Origin: Octopus bimaculoides
Taxonomy: Eukaryota
Direction: 5' to 3'
DNA: 49,198 nucleotides
Assembly: GCF_001194135.2 (NCBI RefSeq)
Contig: NC_069000.1
Span: forward strand, 35,694,593-35,743,790
Below, piece after piece: positions 12,410-24,699 of this stretch (positions are counted from its first letter, which is position 1; the number at the start of each line of letters is the position of its first letter). The notes beneath the pieces are model-generated. The model did not search any database and had not been told where the DNA came from. It worked only from the letters and a program-made list of their open reading frames with translations. The translations under genes were made by a program, and so were the position numbers.

Positions 12410-15400
12410 CTAGAAAATAAAATACATCATCAATGAAGTTTTAAAATAAGGAGGTGAAACAGGGGCCATTTGACTGCGGCCATGCTGGAGCACCGCCTTT
12501 TAGCCAAACAAATCGACCCCAGGACTTATTCTTTGTAAGCCTAGTACTTATTCTATCGGTCTCTTTTGCCGAACCACTAAGTTACGCGGACGTAAACACA
12601 CCACCATCGGTTGTCAAGCGATGGTGGGGGCACAAACACAAACACACATACATACATNNNNNNNNNNNNNNNNNNNNNNNNNNNNNNNNNNNNNNNNNNN
12701 NNNNNNNNNNNNNNNNNATATATATATATATATATATATACATATATACGATGGGCTTCTTTCAGTTTCCATCTACCAAATCCACTCACAAGGCTTTGGT
12801 AGGCCTGAGGCTATAGTAGAAGACACTTGCCCAAGGTGCCACGCAGTGGGACTGAACCCAGAACCGTGTGGTTGGTAAGCAAGCTACTTACCACACAGCC
12901 ACTCCTGCGCCTATATTAAATATCTTTATACAATAATTCTTCTATCTTTTCACTTCAGTGGTTCCACTGGAGATTAAATAAGAAATGATTAGTACACTTC
13001 ATAGAGAAACTTAAAATAACAGCATTGGGCTAAAAACCCCTTTTGGACAGAGAAAATTGAAGGACTTGAATAGCGTAAACAAAAATCTGTTTCAAAGTTA
13101 AACATTTAGGAAAATATAAATAGGAAACTTTTTTATTTTTTGTGTCTTTTACTTGTTTCAGTCATTAGACTGTGACCATGCTGGGGCATCACCTTGAAGA
13201 ATTTTAATCAAATAAATTGATCTCAGTACTTTTTTTTTTCTTAAGCCTAATACTTATTCTATCAGTCACTTTTGCTGAACTGGTAAGTTACGGGGACAAA
13301 AAATAGCCAGGAAGCCACTATGGAGAATCAAACTCTGTGCCTTTTGAATTCCAGCTGAGCATTCTGTACCACTGAGCCAAACAACCCTTCACTATTCATT
13401 TCCTTGAAATAAATGATTTCAATGGTGGGACTTGAAGTAGATAAAACTATAAATAATAGTATATAGAATATTGGGTTCTAACCCAAGGATAGGAAAACAA
13501 TTGAAGGTTGCCTGTAAGACATGGACTCACATCTTCAGCAGACATAACAGATGTGCTAACCACTACACCAAAGCAACCTTTCAGATTTCGTACATATGTT
13601 TATGAAGCTTTGTTCTTAACCAGTAAGAATTGTATGTTTTTTTATATCATAAGAATTTTTTACAAACTTTGAGCAATCTTCTATCTTTTATCAAAGAATT
13701 TTAGAGGTGTAGCTGTGTGGTAAGAAGCTTGCTTCTCAACCACATGGTTCTGGGTTCAGTCCTCCAATGCATGACACCTTGGGCAAGTGTCTTTGACTAT
13801 AGCCACAAGCTGACCAAAATGCACCACCAGGAATTGAACTTATGACCTTACAATCATGAGCCAAATATCCTAACCACTAAGCCACCTAATATACACCCCT
13901 CAGTTATATGTACTTACTGCAGCTAAGAGAACCAAAAACGAAGGAAAGTGATGCAGGAAGAAACCCCACCAAACTTTGAGAGATAGCACGTAGGTATGAA
14001 CTCACCATCTTTGGTATAGATAAATCAAAAATACAACATCATCTCTGAAACATGCAAGTCTATGAGCTGTTGGCATTGTAATGATAAAGGCAAACACGTC
14101 ATCAATGAAGGTGTTGAAGGCCTGCAAAGAAATAGGGAGAGAAAATTCAAGGATAGGGGGAAAATAAACACATTGGATAATTTCATCCAAGATACACTGT
14201 GTTAAATAAATAAATAAAAAGATCGTAGCTTTTATATTTTGTATTTTACTAAGTTTCAGTCATTAGGCTACAGCCATGCTGGAGCATCACCTTCAAGGGT
14301 TTTAAATGACTGAATTGACCCCAGTACTCGTGTTTTTTTTTTTGGGGGGGGGGGTCTTGTTTTTTTTTTTTCTTTGTAAGTCTGGTATTTATTCTAATGG
14401 TTTCTATACCTAAACCACTAAGTTATAGGGATGTATGCACACCAGCACCAGTGGTTGAAATGTGGGGAGGTGGAGGTTTACAAAAGACACAAAGACACAC
14501 ACACAGACATATATAAATACATCATCATCATCATCATCATCGTTTAACGTCCGCTTTCCATGCTAGCATGGGTTGGACGATTTGACTGAGGACTGGTGAA
14601 ACCGGATGGCAACACCAGGCTCCAGTCTGATTTGGCAGAGTTTCTACAGCTGGATGCCCTTCCTAACGCCAACCACTCAGAGAGTGTAGTGGGTGCTTTT
14701 ACGTGTCACCCGCACGAAAACGGCCACGCTCGAAATGGTGTCTTTTATGTGCCACCCGCACAAGCCAGTCCAGGGGCACTGGCAACGATCTCGCTCGAAA
14801 ATCCTNNNNNNNNNNNNNNNNNNNNNNNNNNNNNNNNNNNNNNNNNNNNNNNNNNNNNNNNNNNNNNNNNNNNNNNNNNNNNNNNNNNNNNNNNNNNNNN
14901 NNNNNNNNNNNNNNNNNNNNNNNNNNNNNNNNNNNNNNNNNNNNNNNNNNNNNNNNNNNNNNNNNNNNNNNNNNNNNNNNNNNNNNNNNNNNNNNNNNNN
15001 NNNNNNNNNNNNNNNNNNNNNNNNNNNNNNNNNNNNNNNNNNNNNNNNNNNNNNNNNNNNNNNNNNNNNNNNNNNNNNNNNNNNNNNNNNNNNNNNNNNN
15101 NNNNNNNNNNNNNNNNNNNNNNNNNNNNNNNNNNNNNNNNNNNNNNNNNNNNNNNNNNNNNNNNNNNNNNNNNNNNNNNNNNNNNNNNNNNNNNNNNNNN
15201 NNNNNNNNNNNNNNNNNNNNNNNNNNNNNNNNNNNNNNNNNNNNNNNNNNNNNNNNNNNNNNNNNNNNNNNNNNNNNNNNNNNNNNNNNNNNNNNNNNNN
15301 NNTGGTTGTTCGTACGCATGCGTCATACAGTCTGCCTTTTACTCTGAGTGAGAGTCCCTTTGTCGCCAGCAGGGGTAAGAGCTCTCTAAACTTTGCCCAG

Positions 15401-15743
15401 GCTATTCTTATTCTAGCAGCTACACTTTCAGCGCACCCACCCCCACTACTAACTTGGTCGCCCAGATAGCGGAAGCTATCGACTACCTCTAGTTTTTCAC
15501 CCTGGAATGAGATAGAAGTTGTTTCCTGTTTGTTTGCAGTCTTTATTGCACCTGAACATCTGCCACAAACAAAAACTAACTTGCTAGTTAACCTGCCTTT
15601 GATGTTGCTGCACCTCTTATGTGTCCATAGCTTGCACCGGGTACATCTTATAGAGTTACTACCTACTCCTTTTCTACATACTGAATATATAATATATATA
15701 TTTTTTTATATATACATTTTTTTATATATGAAATATATACATA

Positions 15744-15791
<48 letters not shown>

Positions 15792-18700
15792 TGTAAATAC
15801 ATATACAATGGGCCTGCAATGCATTGGTCAGCTCAAGGTGTTATGAAACAAAAGTGTTATATTACTCGGAATGTGTGAAACATGAACTAACTAAAAAGTG
15901 TGGAAACAAGCATGGAATTTTTAGGACAAACTTATGAAAATGCTTTGGGCAAGCAAAGGATTAAGGAGTTTTAGAGACATCAGCAGGGACCTCTGCTTCT
16001 TATTAACCCTTTGCCTGTCCTGTGTATCCCAGACGATACATAGATCATATTTCCCTGGCGTCCATGCATCATATATGATACACATTCCCAATTTTGTTCA
16101 ATGACCAGAGCAACTGGAAACTTATAAAAGGGAAACTTTATATATTAATCAGAATGTATAAAACATGCGCTAACTAAATGTCTGAAAAGAAGTGCTGATG
16201 TTTAGGACAAACTTATGAAAATGCTTTGGATAGGCAAAAGGCTAAAAATGAAGTTATGTAACTCACATATTGTTATATTTCAGGATGGTCTTGTTTTTTT
16301 TTGGGGGGGGGGGGGCAAATAAATACACACACTATATATTCGTTCTTCACTTGTTAAATAAGTGAAGAATGGATATGTATAGTGTGTATGTTTATTTGGC
16401 AAGAATAAAAAATGACCATCCCAAAATTTAACAATATCTGTTTCGACACACGATTTCACATCAGAAATCTTGCAAAACAAATTCATAAACATATGTAACT
16501 CACCTTATACATAAATGCTCTCCATGGAAGATGAGCCACTGATTTTAACTGTAAAAAGAAAAATACATATATTAATGATGATAGTTCCAAATTTTGGCAC
16601 AAGGTCAGCAATTTAGAAGGGGAGGAAGCAGGTCATTTACATCAATACCAGTAAAATTGTATTGACCCCCAAAAGGATGAAAGACAACGTCACCCTCAGC
16701 AATATTTGAATTCAGAATATAAAGAGCTGGAAGAAATTTTGTTAAGCATTTTGTCCATCATGCTAACAATTCTGCCAGCTTGCCATCTTGGATAAACAGA
16801 ATGACAGAACAAAACAATAAATTATGAAAGTAATTTCCAGAGTTAATGATGGTGGATTTGTAGAATTGGTAGAGCATTGAACAAAATTCCTGTTGTACTC
16901 AGATACAACCTTTTACATTCCAAGTTCAAATACTGCCTAATTTAACTTTAGTTTTCATCTTTTTGAGCAAATAAAATATAGTGCCAGTCAAGTACTGGAA
17001 TTGGTAAATAAATTTCCAGTCCAAGAGAGAATTGTTAGAATTTGTTCTTTCTGTTCTGAGTTCCAATTCTAAAGAACTGGAAGAAATTCTGTGAAGCAGT
17101 TTGTCCAATGTGCTAACAATTCCGTCCTTAGGGCTTTTTCTGAATGGTACACCAAACAAAAAATTACCTTGAATCTTTTTTTTAATAGTGTGGCCCACCT
17201 GATGATGAGCCATGTCTCATGTGGCCCACTTTTCAACCTACTTCTTGAAAAAGGTTACCCATACCTGATTTAGTCATTTGACATGCTAGAAATGGCAGCC
17301 AAATCCCTTTTAAATCACATCCTACCATCTCAAATAATGAAGGAAATATTAGACATTGCTATCAAAGATACACTATGAATAGATAAAAGATGGAATAGTG
17401 ACAGATGCAATATCTTTGATCATAATCTGCTCAATCAAAGCTAACCTGAAGGCTATATAACAACAACACTCTCAAGCTTAACTGACACAACTAAATTACC
17501 ATATCATTATGATAACCAAAACAACCATTACAACTTTTGGATAATCTTTCTTATTGTCTACTTATAACATCATTTCACAAAGAAATATTCTTCCAAATAA
17601 CCCTACTTCAGAGTCTATGAATTCTTCTTACTGTAAATCCTCGAGTATAATCCACACTTTTTTCCCAAAATTTAAAGGTCAAAATTTCTAGTGCCTACTA
17701 CATATAAGGTTAAAAATGAAAAATATTTTCTAAGCAAAATTTTCTAAGTGATAAATATGTAAAGGTAATTTAATTAATATTTATTTTTCACTGACGTTAT
17801 TACTGTTATTTCTTTATTTTCTGCAAACAAAGTACACAAAAAAGCTACACTTTTGCATTATGTTATATATAGAATAATAATAAAGTACGCTACCGTATAT
17901 ACGTTTACAAGCCAAGGACATTATATAGACCTTGACTCAAGTTAGAGAAGGGGTGCTTATTATACACAAGGTTTAGGTTTTTCAGAGGTACAGCCCCCTA
18001 AAAATCCCCTGCGTATTATACTCGAGGATTTACGGTAATCAATTTCCTCATTATCATCACCAACATTTAGTATCCACTTTTCCATGCTTGCATGGGTCTG
18101 ATAGAATTTGTTCAGGCAGATTTTTCAACAGCCAAATGCCTTTCCTGTTGCCAACCTCCACCTGTTTCTAAGTAATGTAATATTTCTCCAGGATAAGACA
18201 TGTTTTCACTGAAGACTTGAAATGAACAACACCGCCAGTATGACAATGACACTCATTTACAACTTTAGCACAAAGAGACAAACACACACCCACACTCATG
18301 CACACACATACACACAAGTGTGTATGTGTGGATGCAAACCTACATAGATTCATACATACATGTAAAGGGCTTCTTTCAGTTTCTTAATTCTTTATTGCCC
18401 ACAAGGGGCTAAACATAGAGGGGACAAACAAGGACAGACAAAGGGATTAAGTAGATTACATCGACCCTGTGCGTAACTGGTACTTAATTTATCGACCCCG
18501 AAAGGATGAAAGGCAAAGTCGATCCAGGCGGAATTTGAACTCAGAACGTAACAGCAGACGAAATACTGCGAAGCATTTCGCCTGGCGGGGTAACGTTTCT
18601 GCCAGCTCACCGCCTTTCAGTTTCTATCTACCAATTCCCCTCACAAGGCTTTAGTAGGCCACAGGGTTATAATAAAAGATGCTTGCCTAAAGTGTCACAC

Positions 18701-19739
18701 AGTGAGACTGAACCTGAACCCTCGTGGTTGGAAAGCAAACTTCTTAACCACACAACTACTGCACTGGACATAACAACAGGTAATATAAATAGTAATGAGT
18801 AATTTGAAACTGTACCTTGTAGTTTACGAAGAGTTGTGGTAGCATGAAGAGAAACCCAAACAAATAAACACCTGCAAATAAATAAAAACACAGTGAAAGC
18901 ATCATCATCATCATCATCAATGTAATGTCCACCTTTCCATGCTTGCATGGATTGGGCAGAATTTGTTGAGGCAGATTTTCTACAGCCAGATGCTCTTCCT
19001 GTCACCAACCCTCACCTGTTTCCAAGTAAGGTAATATTTTCCCCCATGATCAGACAATGTTTACATGGAAAACTGGAAACAAAGGACACCACTTGCATGA
19101 TGGTGACACTTGTTTACAACTATCATGTGATGTCACAGCAAGGAGAACATAATACACACACACACACATACACATTGATATATGATAGGCTCCTTTCAGT
19201 TTCTGTTTACCAAATCTACTTACAAGGCATTAGTTGGGCCCAGGACTATAGTAGAAGAATTGCCCAAAGTGCCATGTGGAAACGAACTTCTAACCACTGA
19301 TCAACTTCTGACCATCAACAAAGTTGTAAGTAACTCCACATTGAAGTACTGCCCAGGTCAGTGGCGATGGTGCTGCTACTGCTTCACACACTAACACTCT
19401 AGGCCAGTAGCTCTCAAACAGTGCACTGCAGCACACTGATGCACACAAGGGGGATCAAGGTGCACTGTGGATGTTTAAAAATATAATTTCAGCTTAAAGA
19501 AATCCATGCTAATATTCTTTTATTCTTTTACTTGTTTCAATCATTTGACTGCGGCCATGCTGAAGCACCACCTTTAGTCGAGCAAATCGACCTCAGGATT
19601 TATTCTTTGTAAACCTAGTACTTATTCTATTGGTCTCTTTTGCCAAACTGGTAAGTTACAGGAATGTAAACACACCAGCATCGGTTGTCAAGCGATGCTG
19701 TGGGGACAAACACAGACACACAAACATATACACACAAAT

Positions 19740-19778
<39 letters not shown>

Positions 19779-22700
19779 NNNNNNNNNNNNNNNNNNNNNN
19801 NNNNNNNNNNNNNNNNNNNNNNNNNNNNNNNNNNNNNNNNNNNNNNNNNNNNNNNNNNNNNNNNNNNNNNNNNNNNNNNNNNNNNNNNNNNNNNNNNNNN
19901 NNNNNNNNNNNNNNNNNNNNNNNNNNNNNNNNNNNNNNNNATATATATACGACAGGATTCTTTCAGTTTCTGTCTACCAAATCCACTTACAAGGCTTTGG
20001 TCAGCCCAAGGCTATAGTAGAAGACACTTGCCCAATGTGCCATGCAAAGGGACTGATCCCAGAACCATGTGGTTGGTAAACAAGCTACTTCTCACACAGC
20101 CACTCAATGGTTGAGTTTCTTGAAAAATTTCACTTATAATTTTGTCATACACATATGTGATTGATAATATAAGGTAAATAACTTATTTGCTGGCACATAA
20201 GATACGTTTTTTTCCAAAAACGCATCATCATCATCATTTAGCATCTAACCCATGCTGGCATAGGTTAGACGGTTTGACTGAAACTTGTAAACTGGAGAGT
20301 TAAATGTCTTAAAACAATCATCCTGAATCCAATTGGAGAAGTTGGACCTATGCTTGGAGTTCATCTGATATACCCATGCATCTTTATACCATCGAATACA
20401 ATAATAGTTTTCTATATTTTTTTTAATTCTTAACTTTAAGACAGTTCTGGTTTGTTTTTTTTCAAAACATTCCATGTGAAGGTCAGGTCAAGCCAGATAT
20501 AGGGGCATGCACTGTTGCAGTACATTGCTGCATCCACCATTTGTCAGTATTCCGTACTCCTGGCAGATGACACCATTGCACTACTCAGGTGGCAACCCTC
20601 CAACCCATCCTGTCTTCCAAGGTTTTCCCCATATGACATGTTATATATGCAAAGGAGGTATTTCCCCAGAGGAGAGAAATTGATGGGTCTGTTTAGGTAG
20701 TAATTGCTGGTCAGGGTTTTATGAGTTCAGTATGCAGCCCCTACATCAATCTTTTTTAGTCACCTTTTACAACACTCGGAGGAAATGTCAGGTCTATTCT
20801 TTGGCATGCTGGTTCTCACACAGCCAGGTAAAGTCGACTGATACTTTTTTATTTTGTCTTATGTGCACAACAAAGACAAAAAAACTAAGAACTGTTATTT
20901 TACACCAAATCCTAAAGGACATTCAGATAATTGGGAAAGATTCAATCACTAACATGTTTCAACTATAAGTTCATAGATGTACTCTTTCTTCTCAATCCCC
21001 TTTTCATCGTGACAGTGGTGGACTCTGCTCCTCTGAAGTAGTTACCAGTTTACTCTAGCTACCAACTAGATCCAGCAACAGATCCTTAACTCAACATGGC
21101 AGCTCAGCATTCTAGAAATAGCATCCAAACGCCCTCAAATAATTCCCTGCTGTCTTAAAACTGGAGACATTGGATAAGATAGTTCTAGAAGAACCAGCCA
21201 AGAAAAAAATTTTTTAACCAGATATATTTAAGTCAACAGCATATAACAAACCAGCATAAACAAATAAACACTAACAACAGTGTTTCAATAAGACTGCAGC
21301 AGTCTCACTATAAGATAAAAAAGAAGTGAAAACAAAAATTATCTTACCATTTACTAGAGAATTGATGAACCAGGAATACCAACTGAAATTACAAAAATAG
21401 CTTTGTCTTAATCAAACCATAAAGGCAATAGAATCAGAAAGAAAAACAAAATCAGAAAATTATTTAAAGAGAACAATAGTAAAGGGAATGCTTGACATTA
21501 GAAAGGGCATCCACCCACAGAAACCATGTCAAAGCAGACAGAAGAACTCCAACTAGCCAGCTCCAGTCAAACTGTCCAACCCATGCCAGCATTGAAAATA
21601 GGCATTAAATGAAGATGATGATTTTTATATATACATATACATATACTCACACACACAGACACACACACACATATATCAATAAGGGGAATGCTTGCATGGC
21701 CTAGTGGTTAGGGTGTTGTACTCACACTTGTGAGATCATGGTTCTAATTTCTGCATTGTGTTCTCGAGCAAAACAATTTCATGTTACCTCAGTTCACTCA
21801 GCTGTGAATGAGTAACCCTGCTTCAAACTGGCATCCCATTCAAGGCAAGTGTGTTGTGATATCAGTCACTTTTACACCTTAGAAAACAGATTAATTGGTC
21901 GTATGAGTTTTACAGCTCAGGACAGACATACCATTTGAATACTTGCACTCATTGGAACAAAAAAGTAAGAGTGAAAGGTAGCTGTACACAGGATGGGAGA
22001 GGCAGCAGGAAAAGCCTTTTGTAAGAAAGAGGAGTTAAGCTGGAAGCTAGAAGGAGATGATGAACAGTGATTTGGGCACCCCTACTGACCCACCAATGGG
22101 AAGAGGTGTTACAATTCAAGGTCAAAACTCATGCTGGTGCCACATTAAAAGCACCTAGACACTCTGTGGAGTGGTTGGCATTAGGAATGGCATCCAACCA
22201 TAGAAACCAAGCCCAAACAAACAAATGAATCCTGGTGCAGCACATGGCCTCACCAGCTCCAGTCAAACTGTCCAACCCATATCAGCATGGAAAACAGACA
22301 TTAAATGATGATGATGATGATAATTTCTATTATATTTTAATTATGTATGCATTCATTTATTTATTTATCTATTTATTTATTTATTGTAAAAGAAATCAAC
22401 ATCAGATTCTTACCTTTTATATTGGATGTATATTAAGGAATATATAGCACCACATATACACAGAGGATAGAGTACATATGACAAATACTTCATAGCCTGA
22501 AGAAAAAATTAAAATGATGAAGGAAAAGATTTGTAAATGAATTCTGAACGATAAAATAATGAAACATATAAAGTATGAAGTGGGCCAAAATACCTTTTGC
22601 TGAAATACATTATTTACTCATATTCACCTTTTGTAAATTGAGGGTATGCTCCCACATATCTTCACCACTGACTTCTCCCTCTCTCTCTCTCTCTCTCATT

Positions 22701-23231
22701 TGCTCACTCTCACTCATTTTCCAGCTAGAGGTAACCATGTATCTTGTCTAATGCAAGACACCTGCTTCTGTCCTTCTATCATACTTTAACCTCTCCTCAA
22801 CAGGCACAAAACTACCTTACTAAAAGTTACACCCCACCACCCTAGTCAAGAGGTCTTGTCTTGCAAGTTGTTCAGTGACCTCAGTGTTGCTGGTGCCATG
22901 GAAAAAGCACCCAACCCAATACACTCTGCAAAGTGGTTGGCATTAGAAAGGGCATCCAGCCACAGAAACCATGCCAAAGCAGACAGAAGAACTTGCCCCA
23001 GTCCTCCAACTAGACAGCACCAGTCAAACTGTCCAACCCATGCCAGCATTGAAAATAAGCATTAAATGAAGATGATGAATTTTATACATATATACATATA
23101 CTTACACACACACACACACACACATATATATATTGCACAAGTAGAATGGTGTAAAAGTGCTCAAAATGACACCACATTTTCCATTACTTTTCCATTATTG
23201 GATTCATCTGGATTTGTTGATGTACTAATAT

Positions 23232-23277
<46 letters not shown>

Positions 23278-23895
23278 GAACATGGTCAAACAACTGTTCT
23301 GTTAAGGCTGAAAGAAATCGACCTTGTTTGTAATAAATTTTGGACCTGGGTTTGCACCTGTGAACAAATTTCACTCCTGCACTTATGAAAACACTTTCAG
23401 TTAATGAAATTTAATTTTTAATATACAACTCAAAGATATGATGACAGAACAAGATATTTGATACTTCATTTTATCTAGATAGATAGTATAGTGTTTTGAG
23501 TTTAAATTCTAGCAAAGTCATTAAAAAAAAAAAAACAATAGTAGCGTACATACTTAGAACACAAAACTTGAGAGGAAATGTGATTATTAATGGAGTTATC
23601 TCCCTTGCTAACGAAACCAATTAGAATTATTTCCCTTAAAATCTTCACAATTGCTGTCACAACGTGCGATAGAACAAATCTTTTATATTCTACCCTTTAC
23701 TTGTTTCATTCAGTGAGCTGCGGTCATGCTGGAGTACAGCCTTGGTCGAACAAATCAACCCCAGTACTGTTTGTTTTGTAAGTCTGGTATTTATTCTATC
23801 AATCTCTTTTGCCAAACCACGATATTACAGGGACATAAACAAATCAACAGTTGCTAACTAAACAGTGGGGGACACACATATACACACACACACAA

Positions 23896-23940
<45 letters not shown>

Positions 23941-24662
23941 TACCTGTCTGTCTGTCTGTCTATAATGTGTGTATATATATATCCCTGTTGTAAGTAGTTT
24001 TTTTCAACTTTATATTTTCTGACGCGACTCTATCACTTTCTCTACCTCTCGTTCTTCCTCTGTTACTACTACGTATCTCTCTTTACTCCTCTCGTTCTTC
24101 CTTCTGTCACTACTATATTTCTCTCTTCCTCCCGTTGCTCACCTATTCTTCTACTTCCTCCCCTTGTTTCTCCCTCTACCACTCTCTCTCTCTCTTCCTT
24201 ACTCCTCCCTGGTCACATGCTTCCGGTCACTAATCCTTTTCTTCCTTGACTATCACCGAGCAAACACGCGAACTTACTTCGTCCCGGCTTTAAGTTTGTG
24301 CCTCACAGCGTTCATATACACATAATTTTCCGTTTGTTTTCCTGTCTTGTTTTTTGTCCGCCACTACATTCCTCCATGGCACAGGTTTAATTTGTGTATA
24401 CAAATTTAATTTGCGGTCCATGGGAAGAGCCATTTTAACGATGCGTCCTGCCCAACTCTTCGAAACGCCGGTGTTAAAATGGGGATAGCTGATGAAGGAA
24501 AATGTTCTCTATGTGGTTTGTGTTTTCTGTACTCTGGTTATTATTATTTTCTTGTCTACGTTTTGTTTGCAATGTCCTGTACCCAGATATGCACCTATAT
24601 ATACAGGTAGACGTAGGTATGCACATACCTGTACGTATATATGCATATACTCATTTATTATT

Positions 24663-24699
<37 letters not shown>

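Noticed and set aside
14596-15469. Long ORFs (150-285 aa) in the track here and at 27756-28420, 30225-31243, 33964-34665 and 41554-42270
   Set aside because: Length comes from N runs translated as X.
19405-19480. hAT-like MITE start (CAGTAGCTCTCAAAC; similar at 3155-3200)
   Set aside because: No matching opposite terminus or 8-bp TSD found.
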